This document shows, piece after piece, positions 13,287 to 27,318 of a DNA stretch of 64,000 nucleotides. The stretch comes from Eledone cirrhosa. Taxonomy: Eukaryota. Numbering within the stretch: position 1 is the stretch's first letter; each line of letters opens with the position of its first letter. The notes beneath the pieces are model-generated. The model saw only the letters and a list, made by a program, of their open reading frames with translations, had not been told where the DNA came from and did not search any database. The position numbers and the translations under genes are program-made. The DNA is taken from positions 111,786,001-111,850,000 of the forward strand of contig OZ024743.1 in assembly GCA_964016885.1 (NCBI GenBank), in the 5' to 3' direction.

Positions 13287-16200
13287 ATGTATGTATGTAT
13301 GTATGTATGTATGTATGTATGTATGTATGTATGTATGTATATATACTGTATCTTTCCTGTCTTTCTATATAATTTCTCTATTTATTGCTTCATTCGTTTC
13401 ATTCATTTTCGCTTCTGCAGTGTTTAACTATGAAGATATTCCCATAAAATGCAGCTGTAAAACCTCAGGTAGAACAATACCACACCATCATCAATTAGCC
13501 ATTACAGAACAAAGCTGGAGAGAAAATAATTAAAACCAGAGATTAAAACGCTCTTCAAAAATTGTTAAAGCTGAATATTTTTTGTGGCAAAGTAAAATTT
13601 TAATAAAAAGAAATACAATACCTGATTTAAAACTCCTCAAGGAGAAATCCTACATAAATTTTACAAAAAAATATATTTTGTTTTCTAGATATTCTTTATT
13701 TATTTATATGTTTTAATGTTTAGTTTTTATCTTTGAAAAAATGCTACAGGGTATATCGTTCAAAGAAACTCTGAACGAAAATACTTTTTCTCTGCCGAAA
13801 AAAAAAATCTTAATTATATTCTTATTGTTATTTCTATCATATATTTCTCGTTGAGCTCTAGAAAACATGGCATATTATATAGGATATAGAAAACCTACTA
13901 GAACTTGTGAAAAATAAAACCAGTTTAGAACAAAAAATCTCACTGTGAATTTATAACCCACGGCTTTAATTGTATTCAAGACTTTCCACTAATTCATTTA
14001 GCTATTTTTCAAACTAAATGTAATAAATAATTCCAAATAAACTAAATTGAAACAAGATGTAATAACATTTCATTTTTGTAAAAATAAAATAAATAGAAAG
14101 AAAATAGAGTACAGATGTAATTTCAATGTGCAGGTTTCGTGGTTGAATTACTCTGGAGAATTAATTACTCCGAATAATTGTTCTTCAGTCAATATATCAT
14201 TTTCATATATACTTTGAAGCTTGTCTTTTAAAACCCGAACAACCTAACACATTTAGGAAGGAAATCATTCTTAATTAGCATATCTCTATGTGTATTATGT
14301 CAGATATAATTCTTAATATATGTTTTATAAGGAAAACAAAACTAAAGATCAAATATTGTGAGAGAAATTGTATCAATTCTATATAATTGTTAAAAGAAAA
14401 CTGCTGAAGCAGATTCTCCCATGGTATGAATTGCATTAGAACAGATGGAATAAAATGACAGGAATTCATTCTGCTCGTCTCTGTATACTTTTCAGACACA
14501 TTTCTAGACAATGATTATATAACATTGTATTGACATTTTACGTCATATTCATCAGATATAAAGCATCTTTCTACAATACGACCAAAGAGTGAAACGACAA
14601 GAGCTAGCCATTTTCCTTAATGTTCAACCGAAGTGGGGCCCAAATGCTGCTCCCATTAAACGTGACCATTGAATATTGCCCTAAATGATTGGCATTAAAC
14701 TGCCAGTTTCCGAAAAGAAGGTAAAGAAATAAGACAGAGGAGATAGAAACTAACATGTAAGAAGAAGACAAGGAGAGAAAAATAGGGATAGATGCAATGG
14801 TTGCGAAAGGAAGAATAGAACATTAATTTGCTTTTTTTCACATAATCCTTTGCATGGAAATTATTAATGAAGCAAGGAAGGAAAGAATGGATGGAAAAAA
14901 GGAAGAAATAAATGGATGTGAATGAATAAATGGAAATTACAATATTTCATTCAGCTACCAATCATCAGAATGAGCAACATGTAACATTTTCGTATTTCGA
15001 CATACAACACTACTTACTATTTAGATTTGTCAGCTGTTAGCGTAATAGTATTGAATGGCATGTCTGTTTAATGTTATAAGAAATATGAGCGAAATGTTTT
15101 TATGTATACAAATGATTTAATATAATAACCGTTTTTTTACTCTCATGACATTTCAAATACTATATTTTATTTTAGTGTATATTTATGTTTTAATGCGTTT
15201 CTAACTATTGGAAATAGATGTGGGATTGATTCATTAAACAATACAAGACAAAAAGTACCGAAAGTAGCCAGAATCTGTAATACACAGCGTGGCGTTTTTT
15301 TTTGTTTTCTTTCTATACTGAAATGTTTAACGTGGTTTTTCTATAAAAAAAACGTTGGACTGCTTACGAAGCGTCGGACAAGCATTTTACTTTGATCGCC
15401 TCCACAACGAACCATCAGTGAGTCGTCTTCGATATGTCGTATCGCCTGACACCACTAAGTCATGATACCACCATGCGTTGGCATCCGGTGGTGATACTAT
15501 CTTGAAAACTTGACTATCATTTTACAAGGTTACTCAGGGTTATATTATATGAGCACGTCTGTACTAACCTCCAAACTAGGCACTAAGAGAGACAAGCTAA
15601 TACTATTAGCATCTAAACTATTCATTGTTTTGTTTTGCTTTATCATATTATGTAGAAATTCAAGATATACCAAATCATTTTTTACATTTTTTGGACTTAG
15701 ATGTCTGTCTTTAATCACAACTCGCAATATCATTTTCTTCGTTTAACATATCTCAATAAGCAGCGTTAGTTATTATCACTCTATGAATGTTAATTAAACA
15801 CGGCAATCTTCAAAGTATAGAGTTTCACTGTGTAACGTAAAAATCAATATCTTAGACTTATATAGTATATTATTTGTTGAGAATGTCTGGTCATTTATCT
15901 TATCAATATTGTTATATTTTGTGTTTATGAATATTCTACTAGGTCTGAAATCATATGTCGATAGAAAAGCCATTTAGTTGAACGAAATGTTTTCGTTGTT
16001 TATAAACTTAAATGCCTGATCTTAACAAGATGGTAGGAAAATTCAGTATGATTTGTGAACCAATTGTAAAAGAAATAATGGTTTCTAATTTTGGCACAAG
16101 ACCAGTAAATTTCGGGGGAAAGAAAAGCCAATATTAAGGAAACTAGTTTTTAACTGCTACATTACTTTATCTACTCTTGAAGGCAAATTAATTTGGTATG

Positions 16201-16967
16201 ATTTGCAGGTAGAACGTCAAATACGGCAAAGCATTTGTGTAACGCTGTAAAGATTATGGACATCTATTCCTCTAATTGTTAAAATAATACTAATGTGCAT
16301 AATTACGAAGTAATCTCAGATTCTCAAAATATATTAAAGTTGTTGGTTACTGATCCAAGCAGTACAAAGAAATGGTCCTTCGCTCAAAAGAAAACTGCAT
16401 GGTACGCTGGATAATATGATTTTCTTTTATTAACAATTCAAAAATTAGCATACATTCTTGCACTCTCTCTCATTTCTCTCAGTATATATATATATTTAGA
16501 TATATATATATATGTGTGTGTGTGTCTCTGTGTGTGTGTCTATGTGTGGTGGTGGTGGGGGGGGGGGGTAATCGAGTGTTCATCTGACTTGTGGATTCTC
16601 GAAGACGTATGACTTGTCTGCTTTTATATATTAAGCTTATATATAGAGAAATAGAGCAGGAAAAAGATGGCTGTCACTGAAATATATATAGCAGTAATAA
16701 ACGAAGCTAAATTTTAAACATTTGACTTTTTATTTAACTTTATTTATATATATATATATATATATAAACGGAACAGATGAAACGAAATATCATTTCTCAC
16801 TCTTAGTACGGCTGTTACTTCAATATAAGTATGTATACGTACATACATATATGTATACAGACGTACAGTAGTATGTATATATATATATATATACATGTGT
16901 GCATGTATGTATATATATATACATACTACTGTACGTCTGTATACATATATGTATGTACGTATACATT

Positions 16968-17018
<51 letters not shown>

Positions 17019-17199
17019 ATATCAAAGGTATATATTGTGTTAGAAACTCAAAGTAGTCTCTTACAATTAAATAGCTCAAAGAAAGAGGTTTTTTTCTGAG
17101 CCGTGTAATATAATTGAATTTAAAAGAAAGATAAACACAGATATAAACATATATGTGTTCAAATTGTAAGGGACCAGATTCGCTAGGGTGAAAAAAATA

Positions 17200-17268
<69 letters not shown>

Positions 17269-17481
17269 GGTTAAAGTATCGTAGGAGAGGATGAAGCGAA
17301 GACAGGTGCGATACAGAATACTAAATGCCAATAGTTGAAGCGTAGTGTGCTCGATGCTTGGGTTAGCAGGGTTAAATATTAGAGGAGGGTAATATTTAAC
17401 GTATGGTTTAAGTAGAACGGGAAAAAGCAAATGAATGAGTGAATGAAAGACTTACTAGCCGTTAAAACATTTATTTATATA

Positions 17482-17520
17482 GCTCTTACAGGTGTTTCGC
17501 CCAGAATGTCTCATCAGAGT
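17482..17520 (-). ncRNA. Degenerate minimal hammerhead motif
   Basis: Minus strand: CUGAUGA-GAC AUUCUG GGC-GAAAC-ACCU-GUA-AGAG. The core is complete, but stems I and II are partly mismatched. Confidence 0.55.
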
Positions 17521-17764
17521 CTGACATTCCAATAGTTATTTCAGTAAGTATACCTACGGTTGAGAAATTATCAAAACTTCATGTCTGCATTCTGTTTGAA
17601 AATAGTAAACACAATGGTGTCGGTGAAGGGACATAACTCGCTAAGGGAGGTAATTACCCTGGCTGGATGTCACTCAGTTAGATTTGACCGTCACCAGCTA
17701 TGGGAAACAATATTTGTTAACATTAGCAGGGTGGGTCTGACTCAGTAGATATCTACTAGTATTA

Positions 17765-17945
17765 ATACTCTTTCTACTTTTATAACAAGGCCAGCAATTA
17801 CCCAGTGCATTACTGGTGCTTTGTTTTATCCACTCCTCAAGGATGAAAGGCAAAGGTAACCTCGGTGGGATTTGAACTCAGAACGTAATGGGCCATAACT
17901 ATGTTGCAAAGTATGGTGTATGGCGCCCTATCAATAGTGCCAAAC
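17765..17945 (-). mobile_element. SINE copy
   Basis: ACAAGGCCAGCAATTACCCAGTGCATTACTGG...GGATTTGAACTCAGA. Confidence 0.85.
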
Positions 17946-18084
17946 CTGAGATTTATACCTATTGCGTCGCCTATTGTTTATAATCGTGGATTAATTTCGC
18001 ACATGTCGCTTGTTTTTTTTTATAACTAAATAATAGTGTTTTTTGTTAATAATGGGGTATACAAACCAGTAAATGATACTTAGA

Positions 18085-19872
18085 ACCGTCTAACATATTT
18101 TTTGATTCCCGGTTCTAAGTGTCATTTACTGGTTTGTTATATCCCAATATTATTTTAAAAAAAACACTATTATTTAATCAGAAGTTTGGGTTTGTGGTCA
18201 GGAGTTTGATATTTCGAAATTTTCATATTTTTCGAGAAAAAACGCATTTTTAAAAAATGTATCAGTTCATATAATAAAATCAACAGAGTATATATTTATT
18301 TTATTACACAACCTTATCAAAAGCAAACAAGTAAAAAAAAATAACACTTATAAAGCAACTTATACACGTCAGAAATGACTGGATTTCTTGGATTTGCGGT
18401 TGTAGTCCAGGTCGCATTCCCGCACTAGCCCCCAGATATAGTCCCCCGTCATTTTTTCATTGTATTGGCCCTGGTACCTCCGCTTTATGTCTTTCACATC
18501 TTGGTTCAATAGTTCGCCTTGTTCTTCTGAGTGGTTGCCCATATTGTCCTTGAACATTTCCAGATGAGCGTCCAGCATATGGAGTTTAAGCGACATCCTG
18601 CATCCCATGGCGCCAAAAGACTTTATCAGATCCTGCACCAGTTTCTTAGTTTTCAGCTCTTTAGTTGCCCAGGAAGCCCTTAACAACTGACTTGAAACAG
18701 TTCCATGATGTTCTCTCAATTCTATTGAGCTTATTGGAGAACTCGGTAGACTCAAACACCTTCCTTATCTGAGGTCCAACAAAAATTCCACCTTTGATTT
18801 TGGCCTCAGATAACTTGGGGAAGAACTCAATAAGGTACTTAAAAGCGGCTGATTCTTTGGGAGCCTACACAAACTGCTTCATCAACCCCAACTTGATGTG
18901 CAGTAGCGGCATGAGCACAATCCTGGGATCAACCAGTGGCTTCCACATGACGTTCCGGGTCCCAACTACAAATTCTGTTCGCTGCTCCTAGTTCTTTCTT
19001 TTGTAGTGGTCAGAGGTGGCTCTGCTGTCCCAAAAGAAGAGGAAGCATTGGAATTTGATAAAGCCTCCTTGGAGTCCAAACAGGAAAGCCACCATCCTGA
19101 AGTCTCAATGGTTTCCCAATTGTACTGGTTATATTGCAGAGCTTCCAAGAGGACTTTCACACTGTAGTAATCTTCCTTCAGGCAGACTGAATGAGCTAGG
19201 GGCAGTGTCGGGAACTTGTTTCCATTGTGGAGGAGGACAGCCTTCAAACTTGTATTGGAGCGGTCTATAAGTAGCCGCCACTCCTTGTGTACAAACTGCA
19301 CCCCAATAACGTCAAACAGTCCAGGCACGTCATGGCAGAAGCAGAAGCCATCTCTAAGAGTGTAAAAGCCTGAGAAAGGTTCGTGTCGACTTCTCTGACT
19401 TGTCACCTGCACTTCCTCCTTGACCAAGTTCCACTGCTTCCTTCGGGAGACGAATAGCTCTGCATTGGACTTGGTCAAACCCATATCCCTGACCAAGTCA
19501 TTGACTTCTTTTTGGTTTGGGAAAATAGGGACTTTTCTGGTACCCCAGTATCAATAAATCTCTTTAATCCACTTTTTAACAATGTTATACTTTATTGCAC
19601 TTTTATAATTTTCTTTAGGTATTACTCTTTATTTTATAATTATAATTTAACCTGAAACATATATAAAAAAAATCATTTAACATACGCAAATTAAATTTAC
19701 ATACAACGTAAAATCCAGCATATAAATAATTCTAGTGAATAGCTTAGAATTTTTACAAACCCAAACTTTTAACCGTTTCATGGCACTTTTTTTTATTTAT
19801 TTGGGATCTAAGCAACACAAAAAAAGCGATTACAAGCCAGGAAGAGAGAAAATGTTTTTTTGTTACACGGTG
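18085..19872 (-). mobile_element. CMC/Chapaev3-like DNA transposon, internally deleted
   Basis: Imperfect TIRs ACCGTCTAACA (18085) and TGTTACACGGTG (19861-19872) enclose a transposase pseudogene. The family assignment is from recalled motifs. Confidence 0.7.
18369..19520 (-). pseudogene. Frameshifted Chapaev3-type transposase
   Basis: Motifs DLVRDMGLTK, WRLLIDRSNTSLKAVLLHNGNKFPTLPLAHS, LLHIKLGLMKQFV (~18870-18908), GCRMSLKLHMLDAHL, SEEQGE...RRYQG...GDYIW are spread across several frames. Confidence 0.85.
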
Positions 19873-20554
19873 AATTTGGCTATTTTCCTTATTCTTATTG
19901 TAGTTTATAGGATATGGAATGGGAACTAGACTTCTTGTATTCTTTGTTTTCTGTCGTTTCGCTCTGCTCTCTTTAATATCTTAATATTTTATTAAATTTT
20001 AAATGTTTTACAATCCAGTATGCATATTTTATTCATTTGAAATCTGCACGACATCACATCATCTTGGGGGAATTGCTAGAGGTTTTACATAAAGGGGATA
20101 CAAGAGAGGGTGAAACAAGGCCGATTATGTAATGGCGTTGTAGTCGTTACAGTAATAATGGATAATCAATGTATATTCTTATACAGAATCTGCATAATTT
20201 GTCGGTTGCAGCTCGTAAATGTCCGTGTCCACCATACACTTTTGGGGGTGTGTTAAGGGTTGGAATATATGAATGATGCCTGTGGTAGGGAATTTTTGTA
20301 GGATATATTAGCCCTAATATAGACATTTAGTTCATGGTTGGCTCGGTTTTTACGAATGTAATTTCACGAGTTTGGAATCCGACAGCCTTGTCCTGTAGAT
20401 GGTTGGCTTATTTTACCAAGATGAATTGTATACACATAGAGCATTCGATTACTGCTTGCGCTTATTCTATATATGTATATAAGTATATATGTGCACACAC
20501 ACATTTTATTTTATAGCACACACACATTTTATTTTATTTGAATCTTCATTTCTA

Positions 20555-20632
20555 TTTTTCACTTTTCATTTTCATTTTTCAATTTCTATTTTTCATTTTT
20601 CATTTTTCATTTTTCATTTTTCATTTTTCATT
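20555..20632 (+). repeat. (TTTTCAT)n heptamer tandem repeat
   Basis: Seen directly. Confidence 0.85.
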
Positions 20633-20821
20633 AATTATTCATTTATTTTCTATTTATTATTTATTTTCTGATTTCCTCATTTTATGTGCTTCTATTGCCT
20701 TCTATTTCTTCATATACAAGGCAGAAAACCACCACCACCACCACGAGAGATGGTGGCAGGATGGATGAAGAAACACACACAGATACTTCTAAATGTCAGC
20801 AGCAGCAAGACATATGCTGAC

Positions 20822-21462
20822 CACAACACCAACAACAACCTAAATAAGGGTAGAGGTCAGATGTACTTAACAATAGCAAAAACAAACACTACAGGGAGCC
20901 TCACCCCAGAAAGAATTTCTATAGACTTTTGACTGAGGAATGCTCTCAAAACTGACCAATGGCAGGAGTGACTTTACACATTTTTCTAACATTGAGATTG
21001 GGTATAACACACATATTATTTGATTATTTTATTTTGTTCCTTTACCATCTTATTCCTTCTAGCACTTTATCATTTTTTTTAGCTGACTCCGACACCAACA
21101 CCAATACCAACATAAGAGTAGAGGTCAGATATACTTAACAATAACAAGAACAACCACAACAGATTGCCTTGCCTCAGAACGAATTTCTATAGACTTTTGA
21201 CTGAGGAATGTTCTCACAACTGACCAATGAGAGGAGAAGATGTCCTTTGACGCTGAAATTCGTTTGTTTAAATTCATATGATTCCAGTTCCTCAGTGAAA
21301 CAACAACCCAACCAGGAACTGGGCATATCAGAGTATTGACAAAGTTAACCACCTCAACAACATGTGTACTCGTCTCTACCACACTAATTCGGACTGCCTG
21401 AAGGGGTCACAATCTGTTGTGGTTGTTCTTGTTATTGTTAAGTACATCTAACCTCTACTCTT
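20822..21462 (+). mobile_element. Family-B unit: two tandem partial copies plus an inverted tail, same family as 60690-62371
   Basis: TTCTATAGACTTTTGACTGAGGAATG...ACTGACCAATG occurs at ~20917 and ~21185, and at 62080. The second copy stops inside the HHR at GCCTGAAGGGGTCACA (21411). 21408-21462 is the reverse complement of 21113-21166. Confidence 0.8.
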
Positions 21463-21466
21463 ATAT

Positions 21467-22253
21467 AGTATTTTAAACTTTATTTTATCATGTGTTAAGG
21501 CTCTATTGATTTTTACCTGGATTTCAATAAATTCTGTTGGATAAATCTATATCCTGATTCTTTTTGAATTGAGTTTGAATTATTTTTCCCACATCTTACG
21601 TTAACTATTTTCCCATTTTGACGCTATAGTCACTTATATATTATGGAATGCTGTTGGCTTCTTGCTACAATATTTTCTATACATTTCATTTATATATTTA
21701 TACTCGGATTTCTTTCCTAGAGTGCTTCAAATATTTGTGACTAATCCCGGTATTTAAAAAAAAAAAAACTGCGATAATATTGCTTTTTGCTGAAATCCTT
21801 ATTGTAGAGTTTTTTTCGGAATGTTTTTGACTGTTGTTTCATGTAAACAAACATTCGTCTCATTCTGACGTCACCAGCCCTGTTTTTCCACATGTGCGTT
21901 TTATTTTCATAATCACGCATGATGTTAAACTAGCCTGCTTTTTAATTCCCTTTTTGGCATATTAATCAGTGAGAATTTGGCTATCGTGTTGAGCTCAGCT
22001 GAGGACCAAATTCCACCCGTGACCATCTCCACTGAAAGTTTTCGTGAAATAGTATTTTCAAGACTATACAGAGCATTTGTAGTTGTCCCAAATTGAAGGA
22101 TGAGTATTTTAAACTTTATTTTATCATGAGTTAAGGCTCTATTGATTTTTTCCTGGCTTTCACTAAATTCTGTTGGATCAATCTATATCCTGATTCTTTT
22201 TGAATTGAGTTTGAATTATTTTTCCCACATCTTACGTTAACTATTTTCCCATT
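21467..22253 (+). repeat. ~150-bp near-identical direct repeats (21467-21618 and 22103-22253)
   Basis: AGTATTTTAAACTTTATTTTATCATG...GTTAACTATTTTCCCATTT occurs twice, ~636 bp apart. Confidence 0.9.
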
Positions 22254-22634
22254 TATTCCAGTCCTCTAACGTCCCACACATAGTGCTAGAAATAACAGCC
22301 GTTTATATGGGATTACAAAATTCAGCTCACCTGGGGGAGCAGTGATAAATAGCTTAGAGTTTAGACTCAAAGAGGTCATTTACAATCATTTCAGCTCTAG
22401 GAATCGCTTCTGAGCAGTATAAATTAATATTTGATGAACATTTACATGTTATAGTAGTTGCAATTGACTAATAAGATCGCTAGAGTGAAAAATCTTAATT
22501 CAACAACATAAGGTCTGCCTGTACGATCTAGAAAATAATAAATCAATACTCACAGACTCATATGGGCAAAAAGCATGATTGTAAATGACCTCTTTGAGTC
22601 TAAACTCTATGTATATATATGTATATATATATAC

Positions 22635-22765
<131 letters not shown>

Positions 22766-22941
22766 AGTGGTATGTGTTTATGTGTGTATGTGGAAAAAGA
22801 CATGTAACAGAGCTGGGACCTTTTCATACGTAAAACAATCCTCTATAATTATATACATTTTTTACTTATCTATATATAGTTGATAGATACATACATACAC
22901 ATTCACGCACACACACACACACAAACACACACACACTCACA

Positions 22942-22972
<31 letters not shown>

Positions 22973-22975
<3 letters not shown>

Positions 22976-23133
22976 TGGTAACACAACAGTTAGTTCACCA
23001 TAACGAGATCAATTGTTTCACCTTAGCGGATCTTCAGCTTGGACTGGTCATGGTTTGACCAGTCCAAGCTGAAGATCCGCTAAGGTGAAATAATTGTTCT
23101 CGGTATGGTGAACTAACTGTTGTGTTGCCACTT
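22973..23133. repeat. 78-bp-arm palindrome with a hammerhead motif in each arm (family C)
   Basis: Arms 22973-23050 and 23056-23133, 5-nt loop. Plus-strand HHR at 23064-23103: CCAAG-CUGAAGA-UCC GCUAA GGU-GAAA-U AAUU-GUU^-CUCGG. Confidence 0.8.
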
Positions 23134-23659
23134 TTACCTAACTCGTCCTATGGACTGAGTGCTCCACCACTACAGATATTACCTTCCAGTGTTCTACCTC
23201 TATATATGTATATGTATCGACACAATTTCCTATAGGAATATTGATATATTTTCGTAAGTGTTGTTCTTGTCAGTATGTTTGTCGGCTATACAGGGTCGGT
23301 AGATATTCTGTTATTTTTCACCTACTCAACACAACTGTAATATACAGATGTTTGTATGTATCTATTAAATTTCGTAAATGTATTGCAAAAATATGTTCTA
23401 TATATTTATAATTGAAAAAAATTTATGACTGCAATATATCCACCAAATTCTCAATATGGTCCAAAAGTAATACATCAACCGATTTACTTAATGGACACTA
23501 CAACAGAACAGTTATAGCAATATGATAGAAAACAATTTTTATTTTCAAATTTATATAACACTATGTAGAAATATATTTAACACGTATTGTATATGAAGAC
23601 TTGCGTATGGAATCATAAGTGTTAATATATATATATAAACATATATATATATATACATT

Positions 23660-23699
<40 letters not shown>

Positions 23700-26110
23700 T
23701 TATATTGCTTTACACATATGTATGTATATATAACTATATATATATACATATTTATTTATATTTAAATATATATATACACATACATATATTGGACCATCTA
23801 TTTCTCGCTATCATCTACTTCTCTTTCTTTTGTGTCTGACTCTGCACATAAGTATGCGTATGTGTGTGTGTGTGTTCACCTTTGTGCCTGTAGGTTTGTG
23901 AGTGGAGTTTATTTTTATATGCGTCTGTTGTATAAGTAGATTTTCACAACCACGCTAACGCTTTATTCAGTAATACTCGTACTGAGTAGATTGCATTCAT
24001 CATCCATTTAATGAAATGTATTTCTAGATTCCTGTCTCTTGTGTGTGTGACTGTGTATGTATGGGGTGTTCATGGACGCATGTGTGTATGATTTGTATGT
24101 GTTTATAGATGTGTTCCTGTGTATTCTATATATGCATATGTATAAGTGTTGGGGAGGGGGGATTGTGTAAAGCAATACAATTGGTCAATTCTCAGCAACT
24201 TCGCAATGTGACAGATCATAATTAGATGCCTACTTGTGCTGCACCCTGCTGTGTTGTAATCTGTTGGTGCGTTCATTAGTAGATATTTATGTTCTAAACT
24301 TTGCCTATCTATATGGACGTATGTGTGCTTATACAACTAAACACAGTTACATATGTGTGTAACTGTTTATATATGGTTCCTGGTGTGTGTTTGTGTGTGT
24401 CAATATGATAGGGTACCTGAAACGAATATCGGCCATCAAAATCCTCTTCAAAAATAAATGAAGTTATATAAGGAAAATAAAGATCTCAATATCGCCACTA
24501 CTCAGCTATATTCCAATACATCTTCAATGACACAAGACAGAGACCACACACGTGAGATTTAATTAGAATTTTCAGCCAAGAATTTACTTAACTCTCTTTT
24601 TTCATCTCGGATTCTATTTTCTTTACTTTACGCAATATTGCTGGCTAGCTGGTTGGCCAAAATTTCTACTCAGAAGTACTCTTCAGATAATTATTCAACA
24701 CGATTCTTTGCTAACTTCTGTAAGAAAGTAGAAGCTCTTCCGAACTTAGTGAAATTAAATATATTATTCTTCTCAAACTGTTGCTAGATTAACATACACT
24801 CGAACATCTGTATCACTTACAGGGTCTCAAATCTTATTTGGCTTTCAAATTTGAACTGACATTTGTATATCTTGTCCCCATACCATGAATGCAGACAGCT
24901 CTCAGCTTTTCAAGTCCACATTTCGATTAGACTCATCCATATATGTTGCTATAGAGACTAGAATATCAGTTGTTTAACTCGAGAGATATAACGCCAGACT
25001 GGGCTTTAGAGTCTACCCCGCCATAGCCAACCTCCCTTACCTTCATTATTTAAATTCGCATTACTTTTTCTGCTTTTTAATATTAATTTTAATATTATAT
25101 AATTTAAATGATATTTAGAGAATACAATCTGTTGCGTGTGAAAGATATGCGGCTTTGTTGTCGTCCAGTCGAAATATATCAATTCAAATATTAGCTTCAT
25201 CTATATTACATATTAATTATCAATGACAGAAAAAAGTCCTAGAGATGATAATTAAATTAAATTCTAATAATTAGAATCATTCTAATAAATTTCGGTATAT
25301 TTCCCGCCTCGTTCTCAATATATTGATAATAAAAAAATTACTTTGTTAAAATCAAGATAAAGGTTCCCCGATCTTGATATTCCTAGGCCCTCTGCCGCCG
25401 ATGACACCGTTGATCAACTTAAACTTCTGCAATATGACATGGATGAGAGTTAATTAAAAATGAAGGATCTCGTGCAAAAAGAATTTTGCATAATGGGGAT
25501 TTCGAAAGTTGGCAAGTGAAACAAACGATTAGATAATAGCGTAAGAGAAACTGTTGCATTCAATGATATTCAATGCAAGTGCTCATAACCTAGCTAGCTA
25601 TGAGCTTTAGAAACATTTGTAGTTGAAATAACGTTTAAAAAGATAGTTTGAGAATGAGTCCTTCATATTTCATATTGAGCCGGATGGAAAACTTTTGAAT
25701 TCACTATACGTTTGTATTACATAACGGCACTTTTGTGGGATAACAACAATCCAATAACTGAGTTATGTAGTGAACAAGCAGTAGTTCAGGGTTGAAATAT
25801 GACCTGCGTGCATCTGAAGATGCAAGCAAGTCTGTGGGACATAGTCTCTAAAATAATGTGAATGTAGGATTCCCAAGAGAAGGATCAACTGTCATTGGGA
25901 AGCCTGGAATGTAAGGCAATTTCGATGGTTTTAATAGTGTGTTATTAAAGATTATAGATGTAGAAAATTATTTACTGGTGTTGCTAGATAAACTAAAGAA
26001 ATGTAAGCTGTTTCTGGACTTTGTGCTCATGGATATTTTGTAGATTCTATGTGAAAGGTCTTGATGACAAGAGTATGATTGTTTTGAGCCAGACATGAAG
26101 GCCTGATAAG

Positions 26111-26295
26111 TGTTTCTACTTTTTGGCACAAGGCCAGCAATTATCCTAGTGTATTACTGGTACTTTATTTTATCGACCCCATGAGGATGAAAGCAAAGTT
26201 AATCTCGGCGGGATTTGAACTCAGTCCGTTAAGGGACGTAACTGTGATGCAAAGCATGGCGTCCGACCCTCTACCGATACTGCCAATCCACCGCA
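26111..26295 (-). mobile_element. Full-length SINE
   Basis: Matches the other copies end to end. Confidence 0.9.
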
Positions 26296-27224
26296 TCATT
26301 GTTAGCGGTGGTATGATGTGTGTCAATAATGTACAATCAAATTATGGAAAATATAGCTGAGCATATGGGCACAGCAGACTGATAATCCTACTCTTTGAGC
26401 CTCCTCTGTATAAGCTGCTATCTTGCAATCCAGAAAGAAGTATCCAGCCAAGAGATAACGTTCCAATGAGTCCTTTCCCAGTCATTGTAAGCATCCAATC
26501 TTGTGTTAGACACTCTCAAATCGTTTTCTGATATAGGTGGAATGACAAAATGTTATTGAAGTCTTCATGGCAAGGAAGTACTGGAGTATGATACAGTGGG
26601 GCCTTCTTCGTAGGACGTACTGCTGGTCGCTGTGGCGAGAAGTGTTGATTCAGTGTGTTCGAGAATTTGGTTTGTAAGTGAGGACTCACTTTTCAGCAGT
26701 ATTTAATTTCCGAAGATCCTAATAAATTTCTAAAGGGAAGGTCAAGGTTAGTTTAGGTTTAAATCGAATTTTCCATTGTGATTTTGAGTGGATATGAGGA
26801 GATGCGACCAAGGAAATGGATATTTGATGGCTTTAGTGGGATAAAATTGTTGGGTATGCACTGGTAGAAATACGGTTTTTTGTGTCACTATTTCCAGAAT
26901 CATCATTTTCGAGCTGGGATGGATACGGATGGTTACACATTGCAATACAGAAAAGGGCTGCAGTTTGTGGTGTGCTGGTTGGTTTAAATATTAACAATCC
27001 CATTATGAAATGAATATATCAAAACGTCTTCAACTACAGCTCAAAAGTTAGGTTATAATAACACATCGAGGTCTCGGCTTAAACCTAAATTTACTAGCTG
27101 CCGTATATTCATTTTAACATAATTTTTCGATATCATTATATTTTTAACAATGTAGTATATATCAAAAGAGAATATTAAAAAAATGGTCTCATTTCTTTTT
27201 TGCTATTATGCATACTAGATGTAA

Positions 27225-27318
27225 CTGTTTCTACTTTAGGCACAAGGCCAGCAAATACCCAGTGCATTACTGGTACTTTATTTTATCGACCCCGTAAGGA
27301 TGAAAGGCAAAGTCAACC
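27225..27318 (-). mobile_element. 5'-truncated SINE
   Basis: 3' half of the consensus only. Confidence 0.85.

Noticed and set aside
15826-15845. CACTGTGTAAC as the left TIR of the Chapaev-like element
   Set aside because: A better terminus with subterminal similarity exists at 18085, and there is no matching TSD.
26300-27000. Possible Penelope GIY-YIG/RT remnant (also 20060-20460, 40330-40620, 61200-61290)
   Set aside because: Only faint motif resemblance, such as CHSTYI. Too decayed to call without a profile search.
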